Both the position numbers and the translations under genes were made by a program. From positions 34,722,001 through 34,786,000 of the forward strand of contig NC_058368.1 of the NCBI RefSeq assembly GCF_018350175.1: a DNA stretch of 64,000 bases, in the 5' to 3' direction. Below the pieces are notes generated by a model. The model had not been told where the DNA came from. It saw only the letters and a list, made by a program, of their open reading frames with translations, and searched no databases. This document shows positions 13,416 through 25,107 of the stretch, one piece after another. This DNA is from Felis catus. Taxonomy: Eukaryota. Every line of letters begins with the position of its first letter. The stretch's first letter is position 1.

Positions 13416-13644
13416 TGGGGCGCCTGGGTGGCGCAGTCGGTTAAGCGTCCGACTTCAGCCAGGTCACGATCTCGTGGTCCGTGAGTTTGAGCCCCGCGTC
13501 GGGCTCTGGGCTGATGGCTCAGAGCCTGGAGCCTGTTTCTGATTCTGTGTCTCCCTCTCTCTCTGCCCCTCCCCTGTTCACGCTCTGTCTCTCTCTGTCC
13601 CAAAAATAAATAAATGTTGAAAAAATATTAAAAAAATAAATAAA
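13416..13644 (+). mobile_element. Young cat-type CAN-SINE
   Basis: ggggcgcctgggtggcgcagtcggttaagcgtccg head with CpGs largely intact; TSD taaatgttgaacat at 13402-13415 and 13645-13658. Confidence 0.98.
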
Positions 13645-14014
13645 TAAATGTTGAACATCAAAGTATTGCCCTGCCTCTTAACTGTTGTTCCAGTGAAATG
13701 TTGCTCCTTGGGTCCTGTCTCAACTTCTGAAAACTAATTATTTCAATCATTTTGGCACAAATATTACCACCATTACCACTACTAACAACAACTTCATATG
13801 TACAGCACATAGTTTTTTCATGTATATTATATTTATTACCTAAAACAATGTTATCATGCAAATGTCTTTCATTTATTTCAAATAGGGACAAAACCTTTAG
13901 AGACGTTAGGTGATTTACTAAAGTTATTTGGCCATTATGTTTGGTGACTAGGACACAAAACAACTTCTAAATCGAATTTTCTTGAATGGATGGAATAACG
14001 GATATTTACTGTTT

Positions 14015-14556
14015 GGGAACTAATGGTCAGCATCCATTCACACACCCTTTTTCTATTAAGAGCCCACAATTTCCTTTTGGCAACAACTATCTCCAGCTTT
14101 CAGTTTGTGTGTTCTAAGCCTAGGCTTAGGTCAGTCAGTGCATTCCTTTACTCCGGCCACAGAGATTAGTTTAAAAATGGCCACATGAGGCCCATTTATC
14201 GGTAATCCCAGGGTTTTTGTTAGAGTATCTTGCAGAGGTGATTGTTCTCTTCCTCTACACTTATAAGAAAAGGGGACAAACTGGGACCTGCTGAATCCAT
14301 CTCATCACAATGTGCAGCATTAAAATGAACCCAATATGGGGAGAAAACCATGCCAAGTAGACAGACAGAACAATTGTCCTGAATACATCATTGGACCATT
14401 GAAGGCATTTGTACCTTATGTTTGCCACTGTATAAAGTGCCGTTATATCACCTGGACTACTTTTATTCATGTGAATTAACAAATTTCCTCTTTCTTGGTT
14501 AAGCCACTTTGAGTTCATATTCATATTCATCACAACCTGGAATCCTAACTGAACAC
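14015..14556 (+). mobile_element. Old ERVL solo LTR (LTR16/LTR33-like)
   Basis: ggccacagagattagttt...ggccacatga, gtgaattaacaaatttcctcttt...taagccactttgagtt, and a terminal atcctaactgaaca. Confidence 0.65.
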
Positions 14557-14824
14557 ATTTTTCTCTAAAACAACTATCTGAAAGACAACTTCTAGACCAA
14601 CAGCTGTATTAATCTATGAATATGTATTCGAGTAATGAGCCTCCTTATGAAGTTGATATAGCAATTCATTACCATGAAATACAGGGTTAGCATCTCAAAG
14701 CTGGGTCAAAAAAAAAACTGCTTACTTAAGCAGGCAAGCATTAAGCAAAATATGGCCACCATAAAAGAGAAATTAAATGCATGACAGTACAGTTTAGAAT
14801 TAAATTTAAAAATTACAGTTAGAA

Positions 14825-15024
14825 TTTTTAAAAATTTTTAAGTTTATTTATTTAAAGAGAGAAAGGCAGAGGCAAAGAGAGAGGGAGAGAGAATCCTAAG
14901 CAGGCTCCAAACTGTCAGTGCAGAGCCTGACGTGGGGCTTGAACTCAAGAACCAACCATGAGATCATAACCTGATCTGAAATCAAGAGCTGGATGCTTAA
15001 CCAACTGAGCCACCTGCATGCCCC
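14825..15024 (-). mobile_element. CAN-SINE (older subfamily)
   Basis: Minus-strand tail, (GA)n, gtggggcttgaactca, and ccaactgagccacc...gcccc head. Confidence 0.95.
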
Positions 15025-16564
15025 AGGAATCTGTTTAAATACAAAGAAGAAACAAGTAGCTATGACCCCAAGATGAGTGAATTGAGAAGGAAGTTCAATA
15101 AGGAAGAAAATTAACAGTCATATATTATAGAGTCAAAGTTCAAAAGTATCTGCTTTATTTGCTGTTGTAAGTGCTACTGGAGGGACAGTTTCATCCTTAC
15201 ACAAGAACTTGTTATACTAGAGTTTCATTTCCAGTATTTGCAGTGAGCAAATTTGAGACAACTAAGGTAGAGGCTACTGAACAGAGGCTATTAAAAAGAC
15301 TATTCTGGGTTTCAAATAATAGGGACCATAGAAAGGTCCCCAAGACTCACAAAGACACAGCTGTGTCTCCAAGGAAAAACCCCACTGAAAATAAAATGGC
15401 ATAATCATTCTTGTATTCTCAGTACCTCGCTAAATAGTGGCATAAGAGCGACTCAGCAAACTTTTACTGACTAAACCAATATATGTTGAAAGAACAGAAG
15501 ACTCCATTAATTCACAACTCTTAAAGGAAAGACTCTAACATCTGATATGGGCCATAAGAAGGGATATTTTACCCAGAATAATTACCCTAAAATTGAATGC
15601 CAATAGAAAGGGATGACAAAATGGAACAAACAGTGGCAAGAATGGCAATCTACAAGGGTTCGTGTAATATTTTAAATATACAATCAGTTAAATCCCTTAC
15701 ATAGTACCCTATGTGCATGTGATTTTTATTACGAACACTCAGACTACAGAATGAATTAGTTCTTCATTCAAAATGATTTGGTATGCCGGTCCATTTTGAA
15801 TTACTTGAGGGAATTCCAAGTGCCAATGAGACAAGAGGGTCAGAGAAATGCTGGGATTCCAAGGACACAGTCTAACCATTAATTTAAGCCAAAGAAAGTT
15901 AAATGTGCAGATGTAGAGAAAAGAATCCTATTGCAGAAGCACAATGACTAAAAACTGCCAGGCTCTGTTTATTTTTTATTTATTTTTTATTTTTTCATAT
16001 AATAAGGAAAATGTCTAACCTACCTTAAAAACCAACTGTTTTCAAGAATTTTATTTGGGCCATTTTCATACACATACATAATACTATGCTAATTTTAAAT
16101 GAGTCTCAGTTTTTCACTTAAACATGCCAGCAGGAAGTCTACTTGGCAATACTTTCTTGGATGTTTTGCCAATTACTGTATGTACTTGAAAACAACAAAA
16201 CTGCTTTCTATAAAAAGCGTCATATAATTCAAACTTTTCAATGATCCAGAAGGGGTTCCACCTCAATTACTCTGAATGAGTAAAATTTTACAGTATTCTT
16301 TCCATGTCAATTTTGAGTCCCACTCTTGTCTCAGTAATGAATTCTAAAAACATTAAATTGGGATGCTGAATTTTGTGAAGACCTTTTCTCTGGTCTCTCA
16401 GAAACATCCTTTGGCAAATCCAAGTGATTCCCTCTGCATGTCCTTCTGAACCATTCTTTCTTTTCTGGAACCTGAAGTAGATGGCCACTGCTGTATTCTA
16501 GCATTGATAACATGCATTTATAAAGCACTAAAAACATACTACAGACCTTTAAATACAATCTCAT

Positions 16565-16715
16565 TTAGCTTTATGCACTGTGTGCTATTCTTTTCCTCAC
16601 ATTACAGAGGAAGAAACTGACAGGCTGAAGGGTTAAGTAACTCCTTCTGAGTTACACAATTCGTAAATGGGAGAATTAGGATTCAAATCCAAGTCTATGT
16701 GATACTAAAACTATG
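16565..16715 (-). mobile_element. MIR SINE fragment
   Basis: cattacagaggaagaaactga...ggttaagtaact...ggattcaaatccaagtct. Confidence 0.8.
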
Positions 16716-16723
16716 TTCTGGAG

Positions 16724-17347
16724 CAGGGGTTGGGAGTGAGGGGTAGCAAATCCATGATCTTAATCTGTTTTGGTCGCTGCCAAAAAATACTACCAAAAGA
16801 TGTTTCAGGTTGAGTGTTCTATAAACAACAGAAATTTGTTCCTCACAGTTCTGGAGGCCGGGGAGCTCTAAGATCATGGCACCAGCATGGCCGTGTTCCG
16901 GTGAAGACCTCTCCCAGACTGCAAACTGCCTTACTTCATGCTGTGTCCTCATGGGGCTAGGGATCTCTGCGGGCTTTCCTTCATAAGAACACAGATCCCA
17001 ACATGAAGTTTCCATCCCCGTGACCTAAGCATCTCCCAAAGGCCCAACCTTCTAATGCCATCACATTGGGCATTAGAATTTCAACATATAAATGTAGGGG
17101 GAACACAAACATTCAGATCATAGCAACCATTCCTCTACTTGTTTTTATAAAGTTTTATTAGAAAGGCATGATGCCCAATTGTTTATTTTTGTTTATGGCT
17201 ACTTTTGCACATCAATAACAGACTTGTGTGGCTACAGCAGAGACCATTCAACCCACAGAACTGAAAATGTTTACAATCTGGTGTTCTACAAAAAACAACA
17301 AAAAACAAAACAAAACAACAAAAAAAAGCAACAACAACCAATCTCTG
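16724..17347 (+). mobile_element. MER58A-like hAT MITE split by a MaLR LTR
   Basis: 5' caggggttgg terminus; body resumes at ~17130 (tgtttttataaagttttattagaa...tttatggctactttt...gagaccat...aaaatgtttacaatctgg); ends ...atctctg. Flanks ttctggag/ttctagca resemble an 8-bp hAT target site. Confidence 0.65.
16755..17124 (-). mobile_element. MaLR solo LTR (MLT1A-like)
   Basis: aaacaacagaaatttgttcctcacagttctggagg, tgtgtcctcatgg, catcacattggg...tttcaacata...aacacaaacattcagatcatagca. Confidence 0.9.
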
Positions 17348-17919
17348 TTCTAGCACTTATGTCATTAAGCTATCTCCTCTTAATACTCAGTACTATCACT
17401 CAAACAATGTTTTACCTTGTAGACATATTCCACTGGAATTCCATCAGTGCTGAGCAACCAGAGTCAGTCATTCTTTGAATAAAGAAATAGCACTTTGGGA
17501 CAATCTCCATGTAATTCTGGAAAGTCCGTAATTTTGAGGATACGAGTACACCTTTGAGGAATTCAGATGATTTAGTTTACTTCTCTTGGTATGTTTTTCC
17601 AAGTCTGATTAGACTTTATATTGACCGAGGAAATCAGTTTAAGCATAATCTACTCAGCTCTTGTTAAATGGTATCTCATGATTATAGTATAGAAGACGTT
17701 GTCTGCAGTATCGCCCATAAATGGACAATATACACCAAAATATTGTCGGATTCTCATTTGAAACTTTTCAAATTGTGGTTTCATACTAGATAAAATCTAC
17801 AATGTTCCAAATGTTCTTTTCCAAATGCTAGATAAAGCCACAGTGATCTGAGGGCAGTGGCAGCTGGTGTAGGACTAAGCACACAGAGGAGGATTGAGAT
17901 GGATGATTTAGAAAATTAT

Positions 17920-18130
17920 GGGGCGCCTGGGTGGCTCAGTCAGTTGAGCACCCGACTTCGGCTCAGGTCATGATCTCGGGGTTTGTGAGTTCGAGCCCCA
18001 CGTCGGGCTCTGTGCTGACAGCTCAGAGCCTGGAGCCTGCTTCGGATTCTGTGTCTCTCCATCTCTTGGCCCCTCCCCCGTTCATGTTCTGTGTCTCTCT
18101 GTCTCTCAATAATAAATAAACATTAAAAAT
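17920..18130 (+). mobile_element. CAN-SINE
   Basis: Full head ggggcgcctgggtggctcagtcag, (CT)n region and aataaataaa tail. Confidence 0.97.
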
Positions 18131-20337
18131 ATATGGAAAGTTGTTAAATGTGTGTTATGTCAATGGAAATTTGGACCTTCGATGAAAAAAAAAAGCATTT
18201 TGCAAAGTTTAAATAAGACGTTTATAAAGAGATGCTGTTCCCAAAGCACATTTTAGGTGAGAAACGAAATTTCCCATCTTACAGAGTAAGAGTTTTATGT
18301 TCTGCCAACAGTCATTCTATTTGATCTTTTAGTGGTAACCTTTGTTCCATTTGCAATAAACTCTTAATCTTGAAGAAATTTTTTCATTGTGAAATTTATA
18401 TTTTTCCACATTTATTTAATTAATTAATTTATTTATAATCTATTGGGGGAATTGTAGGCTTCGCTATTGATCTGTTAAAGAAAAAAAAAGCCACTGATGC
18501 AATACAAGCAACTGTTTTCTCAAGCCAAAATTGATTGAGAGCGTCCCCTGTATAAAAATGAAATGCATTTCTGTGGATGCACTGACGCTTCACCATCTGT
18601 CCAACATCTCAGATTTACTCTCCCAGATAACTTCATATTTCACCCTGCAGTCCCTAAAGAAACATCACTTTAAACAGGGCCACATGGAAAAATACACTTC
18701 AATAACATTTGAAGGTCTTGCATTTAGCTGCAAGGGCCTCTAACCTAAATGACTGATGTGCCTAGAGAGAAGCTCCATTTGAAGTTATGGAAATGGAGAC
18801 AAGCAAATGCAAGGGATGGAATGTATAAAAAACCAAATGATGGCAGCAAAAGACATAGGGATTTACAGATAAAGCCAAAAGATGCTGGCAGCCATCTATC
18901 AGTCTGCCTTGATGAAATAGGTATTGGAAATTAACTCGGGAACCCTATGAATTACATTCAATCCATGCTCTGGGCTAAGCACTTGTCAATTTCAGCTGCT
19001 ATTGCAACCTATTACTTACAGACTACATGGCTGGCAAGCTAATAGCACTGGATAGTGTTAAAGAAAATAGGAGAATAAACTGAATGTAGCAAAGCTTGTC
19101 ACTGACAGAGCATGCCTTTCTGAAGTCCTGGGTGAACATTCAAAGCCTTGACTCTTTACTTGCTCCTAGTGAGCACTAAACCTTACATATCATCATTTTG
19201 TCTATGAAGAAGAGTCTTCCTGAAGGATTAGTCACCAATCAGCCATATATCTGGGAGCTTTTGCTAGTATTTTCAAAGCCTGAGAAATGCTTGGAATTTA
19301 AATGTTTCTGAAGTTGTCAACTTCCTCCATAGTTGCATTCTGAAGTGAGACAGACACTATCATTGACCATTTAGTTTCAAATTCCAATGAGGCCAGTGCT
19401 ACCGCTTTGTGTTATATTCCTTTTGATCATTAGTTGACTCCCTGCTTACCTAGGCAACACGTAATTCTTCCACTTAAGGGCAAATGAAGGGAGAGGTTTT
19501 AGTCTGTGCTACAAAATATATATGTGGCTGCTTCCCATAGACTCCCTATGTCTGAGTATCTTCAATCCTATCTCATAAAAAATAAAGATGCATCTGTGCA
19601 GCAAAAACTTTCTTTACGATGAGGTCCACAAGTGCTCTGAAACTATATTGTATTTTTCAACTGATAAGCTTGTCTAACATTGAAATATTTTAATAAGCAA
19701 GCACATTCAGAGTAAATGTCAGCCAGAGCGATCTTCTGACTAACAGATGCTAGTGGGTATAGAGAGGGGGAGAAGGACGTAAAAGCACTGAAAAATCAAG
19801 CAAGGCCAAATTAGAACAAATGTTTGTCAAGTAAAAAGGGCAGCTCTTCCTCTGATGGAAGGAGTTTAATTAGAAGAGTCACAGAGAGAAGCTGTCTCAA
19901 AAGTACTGGTCCCATTCTCTTCAGATAAGCTAATGAACCTCATTGAACTTTGCTGAGAAATGCTGAGCCAATAATACAAGAAAGAAAGAATTCACAGAAT
20001 GTGCTGCTGTGCCTCTTGCATTCAAGAGGGTCAATTGCTTATGCCACTCCAGGTCACCGTACAGCAGTGCTGTGGCAATTTACCTTCTGATTCTCTTTCT
20101 GAGTGGCCAAATGGGTAAAGAGATCAGAGGAAAATATGATTTAAATATGTCTCCTTTTTATAGCAATAAAAGAAATTTATTGTGAAGCAGTGAATTATAA
20201 AATATGAATCACATATTTTATGTACCAAGTCACCTACAAAATATATAATCTACACTGATGATGGTCTAATTCTATCTCTGGTGATTTTTTTCTCCCTAGT
20301 AGTAACTATAACAAAAATCTAAAGGACATTTTTCTTT

Positions 20338-20390
20338 CTTTCTTTTCTTCTTCTTCTTCTTCTTCTTCTTCTTCTTCTTCTTCTTCTTTT
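20338..20390. repeat. (TTC)n trinucleotide repeat
   Basis: Seen directly; it explains the poly-Glu in ORF 20306..20533. Confidence 0.97.
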
Positions 20391-21413
20391 TCTTTTGTAT
20401 TAGTCAAGGTCATCTTGGATGTATAAAAGAATACTAGAAGCCGGAATTTTGTGACAATGACTGTATAAGAAAGACACAAACCCCAGTGGAAGCTGGATAT
20501 GGAAAAAAATCTGAAGTCGTTTACAAATAGCACTAAAAAAAAAAGAAGACTCTAAACTCTTCTGATTGTTTAATGCTTCAGTGCCTTTGTTTGTCAGTTT
20601 TATTTTCCTTACTGGTTAGCCTTTTGCAGAGAATTCATGTCTGGTATTGAACTCCTTGAGAGAGTAATAAAGCACATATGGAATAGAGTAGCATGTGGAA
20701 TTAAATTGCAAAATGCTTATGGTGGAGCTTTTCCGATACGGGACATTTACCAACTACCTTTAGGAAAGTTCCTTTTGTTATCAGACATAAGCAAATACAG
20801 GTGCTATGCATTACATATATTAGCTAATACTTCCCCCCAATCCACTTACTGCCTCATGAGAGAAACCCAGGAGCAAATACCTAGTTGTAATACATTGCAA
20901 ATAAAAATCTTGAAGTTAAGAGGCATCACTGTTATTTTCAAAAGTATGTGAAATACACACAGGCATAGACACACACAACACACACTCTAGAGAATTCTAG
21001 TCGGAAAGAAACTGGAGTATTGTGTTCTATTACCTTTCACATATTCCTGTTGGCATGGGAAAATCATTGTATTAAAATTTTCATACATTTTCTTTTACTT
21101 AAAACCAAAAAGTATACAATATTTAAATACAAACAGGCTTATTTTGCCTTTGGTGGGGAAGATAGTATCAGAAGAGAAAATCATGATCTAATCTCATCAA
21201 ATTTGCCTAGAATTAACTTTTTGGATATGAATCCATAGATCTGATACTCTCCAGATATTAAATGGAATTATCCTCAACCACTTGGCCCCAAGGTAGGAAA
21301 CTAAACTTGGGACACATTCCCTGCCTATCTCTGAGACCCTGCTTAATGCTCTTATGGCTTTAATATTGGAAAACTACCCTAGTCCCCGGGAATTTCTCCC
21401 ATCACTTCAAATA

Positions 21414-21591
21414 AGTGTTTCTCAACTGGAGTGACATTTGATACCAACTAGAGATATTTTTGGTTGTCATAACTGGGGAGAGGGTCCAATTGGTTTCTAG
21501 TGGGCAGAAGCCTGGATACTGCTGAATTCCCTACAATGCACAGGACATTCACACACAAAATAAATGTCAAAGTGTCAAGTCTGAGAAACTG
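21414..21591 (+). mobile_element. MER20-like hAT MITE
   Basis: Inverted termini agtgtttctcaa / ctgagaaactg; internal gatatttttggttgtcataactgggga, ctagtgggcagaagcc, cctacaatgcacaggaca. Confidence 0.85.
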
Positions 21592-22819
21592 CACAATCTA
21601 ACTTATGAATGTGAGGTATTTTTCTGACCTTGGGTTTCCCAGGATAGCTCTGTAATCATACATGCAATTGGTTCTGTTGCAGCCAAATTGTTTCCTTACA
21701 ACTAATTTGCATGTATTGCTTCCTTCTTCCCTAACAACACAGATATGAACCTAGAGGTACACTGGAGTTAATGAATCAGCATGTGTGATCTTTCTTAATA
21801 GCCTGAAATCATTTATTTAGAAATATCAGTGTCCTGAGGCATGGGGGTGGGGGATTGGAGGTAGAGATTGAAGGTATTGGGAACAAATGTCATCTACTTA
21901 TGGGATTATTATAGAATTGTAGTGTGGCTCAAGGAGTTTGAATCAACAGCTATGCTAAGCTTGCCCTGCAATATTACCCACTCTCTAGATAAGAGAAAAT
22001 AGATGAAGTAACCACAAGTGGGAATGGAAGCAGTTTCAGCTAACTCTCACTTCTGACATAATGTGAAAATTCTAGTAGATTTAATTTATCATCTGTGAAA
22101 TGGTAACTTACTTAGACGACTTACTTAGTTATAAGTCATTCTGGATAAAGCAAAGGCTGTTCCAATAATTACTGTATGTAAGAACTAAAAATAACCAGGT
22201 CACTAATTTTAGATCCTAATTTAAACCTGAGAACATGTGTACTCTTTGAAAGTAGCTATTCTTGCATTTTGCATATAGCCTTTTTTCAATTCATGGCTAA
22301 ATGTAATCATGAAATAATAATTCACAGGATCTTGGCATTGGAAAGGAGCTTAAAGAGCACTTAATCCAATCTTTTAAGTAGTGAAGGATTTTTTCCTACA
22401 TGATTTCTGATGGATATAGAACAATTCCTATTGGAAATTTCCACGAAAAGGAACTCATTCAAGATTAAATGAATCTTAATGTTAGAAAGAATTGAGTAAG
22501 TCATTTGCCTAACCACTCCCAAAGTTTTAAATCCTCTGTACAATAGCTCTGACACTGACCTTCACTCATTAATTCAAATATATTATTTGAATATGACTAC
22601 ATTAATTTCTTCACACACCCTTTGCTCACTACCTGAAGAAATAGTACATAAGCCTGTTTTAAACATTCAAGTATTAGATTCTGGAAATATGATAGCAAAA
22701 TAAATTAGGAATGGTCCTTTCCCTCATGGTATATTAAACAGCAGAGACATACTTCATAAATATAAAATTATAACTAAATTAATATGCTATAAAGGATAAG
22801 TACAAGTAACTGATATTTT

Positions 22820-22836
22820 AATGTTTATTTATTTTT

Positions 22837-22886
<50 letters not shown>

Positions 22887-23034
22887 GCATGAGTGGGGGA
22901 GGGGCAGATAGAGAGGGAGACACAGAATCCAAAGCAGACTTCATGCTCTGAGCTGTCAGCTCAAACCCACAAACCGCGAGATCATGACCTGAGCCACGTC
23001 GGACGCTCAACTGACTGAGCCACCCAGGTGCCCC
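22820..23034 (-). mobile_element. CAN-SINE with expanded (GA)n
   Basis: TSD aagtaactgatatttt at 22804-22819 and 23035-23050. Confidence 0.97.
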
Positions 23035-23439
23035 AAGTAACTGATATTTTAAAGAAGACTTCTTTGAAGATACGAGATTTAACATCCCCAAACAGGAAAC
23101 TCAGACCTTCCATCATCTGTAGCAGTTGGAAAATACTACCTGTGTTAAACTGGTATCTCTCTTTTGATTGTAACTTTATAGTTCAAGGGGGAGAAAGCTT
23201 AAACTTCTTGTTAAAAAATAATTTCTATCCTTTCTCCATCCCTTCAATGTCAGTCACCAAACTAACAACTTTAAATAAAATGATCTAATTTCATCTCCCC
23301 AACAACTCTAGAGAGAGTTATTATTTTTCCCCTTTACAAATGAGAATACAGATATTTAAAGATGTTGGATATCTCTTCAGGTTCACATTGCTTAAAAATC
23401 AATAAGCCAGAAGTGAAACCCAATCCTCTAAGGCTATAT

Positions 23440-23830
23440 AACACATAATAGTGTTTGAAAACAGCTATAATATCCACCTGTAGTCTTCCTCTGTCCGCAC
23501 TGAACTTTCTCAGTTCTGTTTTACCATTCTTCATTTCATTGGTTTTTATAATTGCCAACATCCTTGTGTTTTTTTCTCTTCTCATTTAAATAATGAGAAT
23601 TGATTGCAAACTCTAGGGACAGTTTAACAAGCATGGTGTAAATTGAACTACCATTGCTCTTTGTAGATATATTCTCTTTAAGTCATAATTCAGATTACTT
23701 TTCTAGTAGTCATATCATTTTTGAATCACATTAAATTTTCTGTCAACTGAAATCTTTGTCTAATTTTCAAATACACTGTGATACAAAGCTGTGTCTCTCC
23801 CTTCCTGTACATTCATATTATTTTCATAAG
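23440..23830 (-). mobile_element. L3/CR1 LINE 3' fragment (preceded by a MIR piece at ~23330-23430)
   Basis: ORF 23334..23585 contains ELRKFSADRGRLQVDIIAVFKH, resembling the CR1 ORF2 C-terminal motif [22 protein letters not shown]. Confidence 0.65.
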
Positions 23831-24047
23831 ACAGTTGTTGGAGTGTAGGGCATTTGACATTTTTAAAAGTTTTTCTTGTATCAGGAAAAATAAGTCTCCT
23901 TGTACATGCTAACTATTAATCTACTTCTTTGTGGTCAAACATTTCCTTCCATGTGACCATTTGACAGTAAGGATAATGTGAGCTAGCATTTTTGGAGAAG
24001 AGAAACACATATTTGTGGAGGGTATGATGATGACATCAGTGTCTGGA

Positions 24048-24165
24048 TTTTTGTTCTTTTAAAGTAGGCTTCACGTCCAGAGGGGAACCCAACACGGGGC
24101 TTGAACTCAAGACTCAAGCTGAGATCAAGAGTCCAGGCTTACCCACTGAGCCACCCAGGTGTCTC
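24048..24165 (-). mobile_element. Short old CAN-SINE lacking the (CT)n segment
   Basis: ttttaaagtaggcttcac...ggggcttgaactcaa...gagatcaagagtc...tgagccacccaggtg; TSD gagctagcattttt at 23980-23993 and 24169-24182. Confidence 0.92.
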
Positions 24166-24691
24166 AAAGAGCTAGCATTTTTTATAGCACTGAAATATGT
24201 GTTTTTTCTGAATTACTTCATTTTATCTTCCATTACACAGTAGGAACTATGGGTTATCCCTATGAAATAACTGGAACTTCAGGAGGTTGAGTAACTATCT
24301 AAGGTCCAGAACTAGTAACTGTTAGAGCTAGGACTGAAAATGCTTCCTACAGCTCCCTAACCAATATGTAAATCTAGCCATCACGCCTATCGTTAGTTTG
24401 CCTTCTTTCATTTCTTTATCAAACATTTATTGGATACAAGAAACATAAGCCACAATATATATCCTCCATATCATATTCAATTAAGGAAAACAAATACCAG
24501 AAATATAGTGTAATTTAAGGCCATGCTAAGCATCATCCAATGAAAGGACAAAGAAGAAGTATTCTAAAGTGGTCTCAAATCAAGACACCTTGCCTTCCTG
24601 AATGAGGTATCCCCCAAACTGGGTTCTTAAAGATGAGTGAAAGTTACCTCAAACATGGAAGGGTGGGGAATTTTCAAATCATAGACACCCA

Positions 24692-24880
24692 GGGGTGCCC
24701 AGGTGCTCAGCTGGTTAAGCGACCAACTCTTGATTTCAGCTGAAGTCATGATCTCACAGTTGGTTAGTTTGAGCCTGGTATTGGGCTCCTCGCTGACAGC
24801 CAGAACGTACTTGGGATTCTCTCTTTCCCTCTCTCTTTGTCCCTCCCCACCCCTCTCAAAATATGTACATACACTTAAAA
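24692..24880 (+). mobile_element. CAN-SINE (older subfamily)
   Basis: Head ggggtgcccaggtgctcag; imperfect TSD tcatagacaccca (~24679) / tcatatacaccca (~25117). Confidence 0.93.
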
Positions 24881-24892
24881 AAAAAAAAGTCA

Positions 24893-25107
24893 GGGGCGCC
24901 TGGGTGGTGCAGTCGGTTAAGTGTCCGACTTCAGCCAGGTCACGATCTCGCGGTCCGGGAGTTCGAGCCCAGCGTCAGGCTCTGGGCTGATGGCTCAGAG
25001 CCTGGAGCCTGTTTCCGATTCTGTGTCTCCCTCTCTCTCTGCCCCTCCCCCGTTCATGCTCTGTCTCTCTGTCCCAAAAATAAATAAACGTTGAAAAAAA
25101 AATTAAA
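24893..25107 (+). mobile_element. Young cat-type CAN-SINE inserted in the tail of the preceding SINE
   Basis: CpG-rich body; flanked on both sides by aaaaaaaagtca. Confidence 0.97.

Noticed and set aside
16288..16564. Overlapping minus-strand ORFs with a possible acceptor (ctacttcag|GTTCCAG)
   Set aside because: No convincing donor and no recognisable peptide.
24023..24047. ATGATGA box-C-like motif suggesting a C/D snoRNA fragment
   Set aside because: No box D (CTGA) or terminal stem, and it is antisense to the associated SINE.
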